Below are positions 1 through 10,102 of a stretch of DNA of 64,000 nucleotides, one piece after another. Position 1 is the first letter of the stretch. Every line of letters starts with the position of its first letter. The position numbers and the translations under genes are program-made. Source of the stretch: Piedraia hortae CBS 480.64. Its lineage: Eukaryota. The DNA lies in contig MU006015.1 in NCBI GenBank assembly GCA_010093745.1, positions 12,184 to 76,183 on the forward strand. The letters are read 5' to 3'. The notes beneath the pieces were generated by a model, which ran no database searches, was not told where the DNA came from, and saw nothing but the letters and a program-made list of their open reading frames with translations.

Positions 1-2
1 CT

Positions 3-359
3 TTGGATCCAGCCTTGGTTCTTGCTCTGGCGTACGATTACAACATCAATGATCCCGCAAGTCGCCGACAACTTTGCCAGCTCTTGGACCGTCTTTGGAT
101 TAAGCAAAATTTGCGAATGCGTGCCCCTCTTGGAACAGTGCACTCTCTTCACATGAAGGCGGAGGTGGCTACATGTTGTGAGCTCGCCTTAAAACGGACG
201 TTCAACAGGAATATACTGACGCCGCTTGACTCCATTCGCGCAAGGCTTCGATCCCCTCGCAGTACCCACAATACCGCTCACATCGCTCCACGGTTACTGT
301 TGATCCTGAATCGGTCGGCCACTGGTGATCATGACTCACTCTGTCACAGGGCATGCTGA
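3..359 (+). other. Possible fragment resembling the N-terminus of fungal Smr/CUE-domain proteins; short or degenerate, cut by the window edge
   Basis: DPALVLALAYDYNINDPASRRQLCQLLDRL resembles my recollection of the 'DPAL..AI..DYDL.D......R..LD.L' start of fungal Smr proteins. Similarity is lost afterwards and the frame stops at 359. Confidence 0.25.
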
Positions 360-1136
360 CTTCTCTCTCCGGCAGTCTTGGTTCAGCTTCGTTGAAGGTG
401 AGAACTAGAAACCTGCAATATGTGACTGAACAATGGATGTTGCTCTTCGCAACGGGGGGGTCCATATGAAGGCATGTTTCTTGTGGCAACTATGACGGCT
501 CAGCGTGCTGTTTACCAATAAATAATGCGTTGTTGTGGGAAACAAATTTGAGAAGTGTTTCGTTTTCGTCCAGCATCTAGGTGGACGTGTCGTCTCTGAT
601 CCTCTTTCTGGGGCTCGACACCCAAATCATTCCCGTCATGTTGCAAATAAGAAGCACTTGCGTGTGAATTGTCTTCAATTTGGGTATGCAACTGGATATC
701 GATTGCCTCTCCTGTTCACAGCATGGCGTGCATTTACCTCCCTTGACAGCAGAACCTTGTCTTCTGATATCTTGCATGGAGACATGCTTGCCATGTGACA
801 TCTGGTGTAAATCAGCACACCTAGGTGTAGGTGACAAGATGCAATACAATATAATGATGGATCTGCCTGGCTCATGTTTGCATGTATAGAGGATGACTAG
901 CACTCAATGGCCTGAAGAATACTGTGGAGGAATCTGACCATGAGCGAGTATATACAGCTTGGAACATTTGTCACTAGACCGTCATAGGCATCCATTTACT
1001 TTCATATTGCAAAGCTCGCCATCCTTCCTGGTACCAAGGCCTATGGTCTGTTGGCATGACCTTGTCAATCATTAGTTGCACATTTACTTTTACGAGGTTC
1101 GATCATCTGGGCACAAGGGGGCTATTTCATTGGGAG

Positions 1137-1307
1137 TGATAATCGCTTTTCTGCACCTAATCTTACTCACAGTTTAGGATGCATTCGGTTCGCGATTATT
1201 TCCTCGGATTCCCAGGGTGATTATCGGATAATCGCGCGATGATCCCGCTTGTTCGGTCGACACACGGATTATCGCTTGCCAGATAAGCAGGATTGCCAGA
1301 TAATCGC
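1137..1307. promoter_or_regulatory. Cluster of GATA-type sites about 1 kb upstream of the HsbA-like gene
   Basis: GATAATCGC at 1138, 1227 and 1299; palindrome GATTATC-G-GATAATC at 1219-1233; direct repeat TTGCCAGATAA at 1276 and 1293; GATTATC at 1267. Confidence 0.5.
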
Positions 1308-2261
1308 ACTAGCGACCAAAAGAGCAAAGGTTAGCGTATTTAGCGTGATTCCAGAGATCATCTTGCAAGCTGGTCCTGAGACCATCTTAACATGTTTTTT
1401 TTTTCCATACGATACAACATACTACATGTCATGCAGCAATCTTCCCTTCAATCATGGCGCTCAAGCACGTCATGGGACCATTTCAAAGAAATAATCTCAA
1501 GCGACCGAACGCGAGCGACTACCGCTCGCTCGCATGAAGCTTGCGCTAAAAAATTAGGATAAAGCGGAAATTTCCGCGATCATTTGGCAACCCCGATTGT
1601 TTGATAATTCGCAACAATCATTAGCCGTTGGGTTAAGATGTTAACGTACAGTCGACTTCTTACGAAATGGTCGGCAAGTTGAGACAGCTGTTGGAGGACG
1701 TCATAGCGTGACGTCGTCTGAAGAAAAACTTGCTTCATAAAAAGCCTCCCAACCTTGGGAGCCCGGTGCGATGCCTGGGCAAGGCTTCACGTGGTGGGTT
1801 GCGTAACCATACGACTCGCATTAAATTTTTTACTGGCTAGGTATGGGCTGTCTAACCCCACAAATATTCCCAAGAGCAGACCCGTTGCCGATCAGTAGTA
1901 GCTGGAAACATTTTTCTACACTTTGACTGAAGAGTTTGACACCTATCGGCGATCATGAACCATGTCAATGGAGATCGGCCTATCCATGACTAGCAGCATG
2001 ATTTTGACTCATCACATGTTCTCTTAATAGAATTTTCCAGTCAAAAGAGGTCAGAAACGCTCACGCAAAGCTACCTGTGGCACAGCCGCAATGCTATGAT
2101 CCAAGACTTTGGTTGGGCTCCCATGGATCTGGACCATGGCCCCTTTCCTTAGTCCTGGACCCGTAACTATGAGCATGCATACAGCAGAGTTAACACCGAA
2201 ACTGAAGATGTGATTACTCGACAGATTTTCTCCACCACTACCACAACACAGAGTATCCAAT

Positions 2262-2780
2262 ATGGTCAAATTTCTTCGGCTCATCTTTGTCACATTGAGC
2301 GTTCTTTCAACGACAGCCATTGCAGATGGTAACGCAATTGTGAAATCCACCCATCAAATCTCAAAGTCCACGGCCAAACTCAACAATACCATTGCCGGAT
2401 GGAAGGGCGGTGTATTCGGACCTGTCCGTATCGGTATAAAGGCCGGAGGCGTGATGGCCCACGCTCTAAAGGGCGCGATAGTTGCGAAGAAATCGGGTAA
2501 ACTGACTAAGGATGAATCAATGGCAGTGGGAGTGGCAACGCTCGGCCTTGTACAGGATATCAAGAACACGCTGGATAGCGTTGTCAAAGCAAAGCCAAAA
2601 TTCAAGCGTCTACTCATGAAGTCTATAGTACGTTCCAGCATAAGAACAGCATACAAGGCAACTAAAAAAATCACCAAAGCCGTCATAAGTAAAGTACCGG
2701 ACGACTTAAAGAAGATCGCAGAGCAAATGGTCGGATCACTTCACGAAGCGTTTTTGCAGGCGATCGCGGCTTACAAATGA
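2262..2780 (+). CDS. Secreted hydrophobic surface binding protein A (HsbA)/cell-wall mannoprotein family protein, unusually Lys-rich
   Basis: Signal peptide (cleavage near AIA|DG) and helical HsbA-type pattern 'KLNNTIAGWKGG...LDSVVKAKPKF...ISKVPDDL...AFLQAIAAY'; intronless, 172 aa. Confidence 0.8.
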   Translation: MVKFLRLIFVTLSVLSTTAIADGNAIVKSTHQISKSTAKLNNTIAGWKGGVFGPVRIGIKAGGVMAHALKGAIVAKKSGKLTKDESMAVGVATLGLVQDIKNTLDSVVKAKPKFKRLLMKSIVRSSIRTAYKATKKITKAVISKVPDDLKKIAEQMVGSLHEAFLQAIAAYK

Positions 2781-3780
2781 TTGATGATTGCATGACGGGT
2801 CAAAGCAACATGGGAAGCAATTAAAAAAGGCATGTCAGTCTTTTTTTCGTATACTCAATGATAAGGTATTGCATTACATTGCCCATCATTCTTAAGAGCA
2901 ACAAGAAGCCTAAACGCATTGAAAGCGATACTGTAACTTAACCCTTCCACCACCAGCCTATTTTGTTGTCTTGCTGGATTTCACGACTGTGAGATTCACT
3001 CATATTATCCATTCCATGAGGTACTCGCTTCGGCCTTTGACACGACGTCAAGACTGAATGTCTTACCCAACTAGATGCATCTGTCATGTGCCGAAACAGA
3101 TGTCAATCAATTCCTTCGAATCGAGACCAAGTGGTCTTGAACCAATCGTCCAAGCAAAATCTTCTCCTCGTTAGATAGTCCGTGCTGACAGGGCCGTCCA
3201 GGCAAGATTTGTAGTTATCCAACAATCTGCAAAAGTGCTCTAATCCAGATCAATTTCGATGACATGTCCAAGATTTTTGGTGTTCATGATTCTTGGGCGA
3301 TGAGGTTATAGAGCCGATTTCAGTAAGAGAAGCCATGCACTGGCAGCAAAGATATATGATAAAGTGATACGCTGTGCAAAACGACGCAACGCTGGGAGAG
3401 CTACTACGTGAACGCTAAAACCACCGCAAGGACACATGCCAATCTCACGAGGTTCCGTGGATGGTAAACTAAGGCGAGGTGTAGTTTCTTTGGTGGGAGT
3501 GGGCCGACCCCGCAACGGCCCCACAAGTCTTGGCATGACCACCTCACTTCATCTCGCAGAGGAAACTATGGTCGCAATATGAGGCAATGCAGACAGTATT
3601 TGATGACTTTTTTCGCAGGACGATTGGAGAGGACCCAAGTAAAAAATATTGCAGCTTCGGGCCCGATGATATTCGAGATAAGGTATGACTTCTGGTTTTC
3701 GTGCGTCTCCACACAGTTTTGGACAAGTACTGTAACACCTTGTGCGGCCGCCACCCACCACCACCGACCCCACTCCCGGT

Positions 3781-5241
3781 CTAACACCAGGAAGAACCGA
3801 CCAGGTCTTCGGGGAAGACTGGTTTGGGACCCAGATCCCAGGAGGACGATGTCGTGGTTGGCGTCTTCGGGTCCTCCAGTCGCGCCTCCTTCTCCTCCCT
3901 TACACAGCGTGTGCAGAGGCAGTCGCCGCCGAACCACCGCCGCAGGGTTTTGCGTCGCACTTGACACATGTCGTCCGAGTTGTACCCTGCATAGTGGATG
4001 AAGATCTGGTCGCCTGCGGAGATATCCCGGGCTGCAACGACGTGCAGCGTCGTGTGGTCATGAGGAACAACCGACCACGACGCATTTGGCTCGCAGCTGT
4101 GGTTAAAGAAGGAGAAGAGAGGCTGGAGGCCTGTGTGAATGGGGTCGCTCCACGAATTGTTGCTGATCCGAGCCCAGAGGGTGAACAGCACCCAGGTGTC
4201 GTAGTTTTGTTTGGTGATGGCGGCGAAGATATCCATGCCGCAACGCTGCAGCCACGACACTGGCAACTCGATGTCATAGTCGGCTTGGAAGCGGCCGGGT
4301 TGCAGCTGATAGTAGTTGGGCGTCAAGCGTGCCACAAGCGGGTGGTCGAGCGGATGCGAGACGCCATCGCGCAAGCAGTAAAAAAGAAGGCGACAGCGCA
4401 TGATGGCCTCGGCGGCATCACCACCGAGTTCGTCGCGGATCCAGCCTAGGTTCGGTGTGTCTTCGCCCGTTATATTGGGATGCATCGGGTTAGCACAGCC
4501 ATATTCGATCTTGCGAGGACTCTTTCCCACTCCAGGGCCAGTGCACCCCCAAACCTGCGTTTTGTCCATCAAAATGGTGCTCTTGGCGGTGATGCCGCGA
4601 GTGGCAAAAACGCCAATGGCCTCGGAGCCAGCGTCGCCGACCGCATCTCGTCTCAGGACGCAACAGGGCGTCTTCCCCTTGGGGGCCTTGGTCTGGAACT
4701 CTTCATTGATGGCACTAATTAGGCCTTCGTCTCGTCCTCCATGACGTGGCTCCATCCATGGATATTTACGCTGAAAGTAAAGCCCCTCGGAAGCTAAATG
4801 AGGACCTCGTGGGAGATGATTGGACCAAAGCTCTTCGGCCTGGTGACGTATATGAAGGATATGAGATTGGATTTTCTCCGTTTCATCATCACTTGAAGTC
4901 TGATCATCGCTCATCCAGAAATCCATTCCATAACCAAGACGCCATTGTGATGAGTGTCTTGCTTGGGTGGCGAGATAACCACAGAGGAGAACAGCCTTGT
5001 GAGCATCACCCACAACTAGCTCTGGATACTGGAGCTTTTCCAGCGTCTTGGCACGCATGATCCAGTTTTGGGGATTGTATGGATGACGTGAGATGAGCTT
5101 TGTCTGCCACGCTAAAGCTGTGGCCAGTTCCTGTAGTTCGGGGCCGTTGGGAGTGGCAGCAATCTCGGTACCTTGGCACGGAGCCCTGATGCTCTGCCAA
5201 AGGGAAGGCTTGTAGGCTAAAAGGTCAAATGAGCGGTCCAT
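3781..5241 (-). CDS. SET-domain protein lysine methyltransferase (SMYD-like) with an N-terminal TPR-like segment
   Basis: GVFATRGI, SFFNHSCEPNA, ARDISAGDQIFIHY and post-SET CLCTRC; 486-aa intronless ORF. Confidence 0.85.
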   Translation of the reverse strand: MDRSFDLLAYKPSLWQSIRAPCQGTEIAATPNGPELQELATALAWQTKLISRHPYNPQNWIMRAKTLEKLQYPELVVGDAHKAVLLCGYLATQARHSSQWRLGYGMDFWMSDDQTSSDDETEKIQSHILHIRHQAEELWSNHLPRGPHLASEGLYFQRKYPWMEPRHGGRDEGLISAINEEFQTKAPKGKTPCCVLRRDAVGDAGSEAIGVFATRGITAKSTILMDKTQVWGCTGPGVGKSPRKIEYGCANPMHPNITGEDTPNLGWIRDELGGDAAEAIMRCRLLFYCLRDGVSHPLDHPLVARLTPNYYQLQPGRFQADYDIELPVSWLQRCGMDIFAAITKQNYDTWVLFTLWARISNNSWSDPIHTGLQPLFSFFNHSCEPNASWSVVPHDHTTLHVVAARDISAGDQIFIHYAGYNSDDMCQVRRKTLRRWFGGDCLCTRCVREEKEARLEDPKTPTTTSSSWDLGPKPVFPEDLVGSSWC

Positions 5242-5756
5242 ATCTGAGCTGGGGAGCGCAAAGTGGGTGGCACCTCGGCAGCTTTGCAGGTTAGCAGGTT
5301 AGCAGGGGTGGGAGCGGGTCAAAATGAAGCAAAGTGCGGTGCGGGAAGAAGTTCACCTTGGCGGAAGTGGGGCAAGCTGTGCAAGCCCGTTGTTTGAGCG
5401 GTGTGCGTCGTCTGCGTGCTATCCCTGCGGGTGAACCCGTAGTGGGTTTGCTCATGGCTGGACCAAGCCCATGACAGCTCGTGCCAAACGGACGCGGCGC
5501 AAACCGCGACCGATTGTGCCTTGGCTGCTTGGCATCAGGATGACAAGACAATTCGCGGACAACAACTCTTCACTACAATGCCACGTTGCTATACTTTCAA
5601 ATGATCCCTGCGCTGGCGCAAGCAGCTCGACCCCGGTTTCAAGCCCGAAGCAAAATACACTAGACCAATCCAAGACAGAGCTGTATATCCCCACACTATG
5701 TGAAACATTACCGCAGCCACATTGCCCCATGTGTGGCGCACAAATTCGGGCTTTGG

Positions 5757-7022
5757 TTAGGATATTCTGCATGTCAGTGAGGAGCCCGGAGTAGGGTGCA
5801 AGGGGACGTACAACATGAGCTGGTGCAGGTTCCGTTGTACAATAATGTCCTGCACGCTCTTCATCGTCTTTTCCAGTAGATTTGTATCGGTGGCGTTTGT
5901 GTAGTGGACGTAAATCTCCTTGTCCGGATCCCGTACTGTGTTGCGGAATTTTTGGGCAAAAAAAACCTTGGCGGTATCGACGTCGGTGTCGGTTCCACTA
6001 TAGTCGGGGAAGTGACGACTAATGGGCGACGAGCCCGACCTGACCTTTTCCGAAAAGAGGTCGATCTTGTTGAGAAAAAGAATGAGTGCAGCCTTTGCAA
6101 AATACCTGCTATTGGATATGCTCTCAAACAGCATAAGAGCCTCGTGCATTTGATTCTGCCAAGTCAGTGCACACCTCCCTGGCAGCAACTTCACCGACTT
6201 ACCCCGTTGCGATCTTCAAGGAGCACGTGATCGTAGCCGCTGATGGCAACGAGGAAGAGCACGACCTGGACGTTGTCGAAGACGTGTATCCACTTCTTGC
6301 GCTCCGACCGCTGCCCACCTACGTCAAACATGCGGTATGTGAAGTTTCCCAGGTCGAAGATGGTTTCGCTGATTCCCGTCGTGCGTAGCCGGGTGCGCAA
6401 AATGTCCTGATCAGTAGGTGAGTAGTCTTTTGCAAAGAGGCGGTCTATATCGGAGAAGTAGTAGGAGAGATTGTCATGGAGTGCGTACTCGTTGCCTTTC
6501 CGAATCGCTGTCTGCACGCCGCTATCATCCCACAAGCTCTTGAAGGCATCCAGGCAGTCTATGGGCATGGCTTCGTCGATGCTGATGTCAGGGTCCGAAG
6601 CGATAAGCGCCGCCGCGCGCTGTTCTGCAATGTGAGTGGACTCGGGCGACGCCGCAAGCCAAAACGCACCTTGTTGTCCGGGTTTTCAAACGCCAGATCC
6701 TGCTCGTCCATGGCGGCAAGAGTCATTTGGAAGGCAGCCAAAAGGTTCTGAAAGATGGTAACCTTCCATTGCTTCCTCTCGCTGGAAGAGAAGCCCTTTG
6801 TGTGGATCAAGCGCATCTGCTTCAGCACCGTCGACTTGCCAGACTCGCCCGCTCCTGGCCATGGGACATCAGCCGCGTTGTTGGGTCCAAGTCCGCAAAC
6901 ATACCCAAGAGGAGGATCTTGACCTCCTTCTGCATCTTGCGCTGCTCGTCACGGAGCTGCTTCTCAATCTCCTTGCTCTTCTTCGTCTCCGCATCCTGCC
7001 AGCGAGAGAAGCCAAAGCACAT
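5757..7022 (-). CDS. Heterotrimeric G protein alpha subunit, fungal group II (GNA-2 type)
   Basis: Starts MCFGFSR (no Gly2); [31 protein letters not shown] and TNATDT motifs; four short introns (first at 6855-6904). Confidence 0.92.
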
Positions 7023-7486
7023 GGTGGGAAGGGGCCACGATGGCCACGACAGGCGCTCAGCAAAAGGGCAGGTAGGCAGCAGCAGGACAGCGCGTCGGGC
7101 ACTTGGCAACTTACTCCCACGATCTACGGCGAGTCTAACGGCGCCCCGCACAGCCCAGGGGTCAGTGGCAACAACACCAAGAGAACGCTCCCTTTTTGAG
7201 TTCCTTGTCTCCGGAAGTCTGGGGAGGGCCGACGCGAGGTTAGAAATGTCCGAAACGATAGGAGGCGTGGGGGCCAGTTAGCCGAATAGTTTTACACATC
7301 TACCGTGGTACATAGTGGTACATGGAGCAGATCTTCACCCATGAGGAGGGTGGACCGGGGGCTTGGTTGCGTGTGGGCAGGATGCAAGGGGACTTGCAGC
7401 ACGGGACGGACGGCCCGCTCCGCCCGCACAGAGGGGTGGCCCGTCCGCAAAAATTCCCATCCTGCTCCTTCAGCTGCGACGAAGAC

Positions 7487-8431
7487 ATGACCCAACCGCT
7501 CGAGACGCGCCAGAGCACCGGTATCTGGTCCACGCCTGCCCCTTTAAAGCGTCTATTCGATCAACTCCCCCTTGCGACATACCCAGCCAACTCCCTTCCC
7601 ACGCGCGCCCCGCGTGACCGTGGGCAGAGCGTGCTGCACGTATTTACCACCGATGACGATGCCAGAGACGGCCGTCCCAGCTTCAACCCAGCATGCCTAA
7701 AGTGGCAAACTTACTTGAAGTTTGCCCAAGTTGAATTTCGCACCGTAGCCAGTAGCAATCACGCCTCGCCTTCAGGGTCACTGCCCTTTTTGCTGCCCAG
7801 TGCGGGCAGCGAGTGGCAGGATGCCGTAGTCGCCGGAAATAAAATGCACAAGTGGACAGGCTTGGACAGAGAGCGGGGCTCGAGTCATGCGACCCACAGC
7901 TCACTGATCGATAACTGGCTGCGCAAGGCCTGGGTATGTTTTCCTCGTTTGCCAAGCAAACACGGACTCATATACTGACACCAACAGCTGTTTCAACTAT
8001 ACTTGAAGCCTGGTAATGCTGCCGTTTGCCACCGGCTCTATGTAGCCCCCTGTTCATCTAATCCGTTGGTGCAGCTGGCCATTGCCCATAACTTGAGGAA
8101 TGCTGCAGAGGCAGAGCTGATAAATTCGTGTGCGTCGCATACTCTGGCCGAGGAGGAGCTGATGCAAGACGCAGACGAGGCGTTCAACAGCCTGGAAACC
8201 TTGCTTGGCCAGCAAAAGTACTTTTCCGGAACAGACACCCCGGACCTGATGGACGCGAGCGTATTCGCTTACACACACCTTTTGAGGAGCAACGCCATGC
8301 AGTGGCAAGATAACATATTGGGTGATATGCTAACGAGATACCCGGGTCTTGTCAGACATCAAGAACGGGTGATGAGCGAATATTTTCAGTGCCAAAGAGG
8401 CCCGACACCCATCACATGGTCTTGTTTTTGA
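7487..8431 (+). CDS. SAM35: Metaxin-like mitochondrial SAM complex subunit (Sam35 family)
   Basis: PAPLKRLFDQLPL, PSFNPACLKWQTYLKF, SNHASPSGSLPFL and a GST-like C-terminus DASVFAYTHLL; intron 7934-7987. An upstream in-frame ATG at 7322 is an alternative start. Confidence 0.8.
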
Positions 8432-9005
8432 TGTATTCCTCCTTGAGGTTGGACAGGAGTTGAACAAAGCTGATGGCGTCGGTTGGGTTGGATTGGAGCA
8501 AAAAACGCAGCTTCCCAATCAAGAACGCGGCGTCGGCAGCAATAGCAGCAGGGCGACTGAGCACGGTCACCCAACACCAGTCTTCATCGACGGACCAGGA
8601 TCCGCGGGGACGACGGCGCAGGAAGATGCCAACGGCTCCTCGTGATTTTGAGGTCGGTACGGCCCGTCCATTGGCGGCGGGAGTGACATAGCGAACCCAG
8701 ACACAAACTCGGCGCAGGTGGTCGAGGTAGCTATTGTTGGCCTCAAGCCAGCGACGGGCATCGACGGCTTTAGAACCCTCGGCGCAGAGTACAAAGCTGT
8801 TGCGAGCAAAGTACACTGGCAAGCTCTCGTAGCGAATTTGGCGGTTGACGCGCGTGAGAGCGGGGTGCGTTGCCTGACGGTAACTGTTGCCCTGCGATGG
8901 TTCCAGTCGAAACGCCACAGATATCTTTTCCTCCGACGCCAACACGTACTCGTAGATGGCATTACGCAGCTCTGGGGGCAGGCTTAATAGGAGCGATGTA
9001 GCCAT
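8412..9005 (-). CDS. F-box-like/2EXR-type fungal protein
   Basis: LLSLPPELRNAIYEYVL followed by PALTRVNRQIRYESLPVYFARNSF, typical of a Dothideomycete-expanded family. Confidence 0.75.
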   Translation of the reverse strand: MATSLLLSLPPELRNAIYEYVLASEEKISVAFRLEPSQGNSYRQATHPALTRVNRQIRYESLPVYFARNSFVLCAEGSKAVDARRWLEANNSYLDHLRRVCVWVRYVTPAANGRAVPTSKSRGAVGIFLRRRPRGSWSVDEDWCWVTVLSRPAAIAADAAFLIGKLRFLLQSNPTDAISFVQLLSNLKEEYIKNKTM

Positions 9006-10102
9006 GTTTTCCACAAGTTTGCTATTTAATGACTCCAACTAGTGGCTATGTACAGGGGCATGGCCGTCTTTTTTAACACCAGCGGCGGAAAGGTCACATG
9101 CATTGATGGGCAGATGTGGTGGTTAGGCAGCCTCATCCACTCTGTCGGGTGTGGAAGAAGCATCTGTAGACTGATGGGGCACTTGCCAAGCCATTTGCTC
9201 GCTGACAGAACTTCGAAACAGGAAAACTTTCTCTTTGTTAGGCCGAGTGACTTTTGGCGCTTTGCATGGCTAGCTCTGTGCTCCCTCACTTTCTTTTTCC
9301 ATTTCCGCCTTTCAGATGACGCGTTTTGGTAACAAAATCGCTTCTTGTTTGTACCAACTCTTTCCTGCACCAACAAGCCCGGCATCTGCCTCAAACCGCC
9401 ACAATTCCCTTACCGATGCTTCTGAAGTTTGTAGTTTATTTCTGGCCCGGGACATTTTGGAACGTTATTGCTTGACCTAACACAGCTTCCCCATCTCATC
9501 CTTTGCTGAGCTGGGTTGTTCTGCAATGCCAGGGCCACCATGGCATCCACTCCTTCCCGGGATTGACACAAGACCGTCATACTTGCACAGCTGTCCAGGA
9601 ATAAATTCACACTCATGTATTCACCATGCTCTTGCTCAAAGATGGGAAACTTTGGGCCAAGATTGACTTACTAGATACACTTGAGGCGTTACCCATCAAC
9701 GTTAGAGGGCTCAACTTACTTCAAGTCTTTATTCAAATGGTGGAGATTGCTTATTCAACGCTATGTTTTAGCCACATGGATAAAAATAATGATCCGACCG
9801 CCAACAAGACATGGTGGCTCGTTTAATGAGGATCAACCTAAAAACGAGTTAGCCTTTTCTTTTGATCACTTTCATCCTTTCCAGTTGACAGATGTCCCGA
9901 CGCCCAACTGCGAGTTAGTGATAAAACCCGGACATCGTGTTCCAGGCACTGTGCGTTTGGAAGACAGCCTCCGTGTTTGACACGTACAGTTGAGTCTTTA
10001 TGCGAGAGCCTGCAAGGGAGAAAGTCAACGAGAGTAACTCTCAAAGTAACTAAACGGAGTGTTGGCGAGAATTAGAAGAGGGTATTATGGGGGCTGATAT
10101 TA

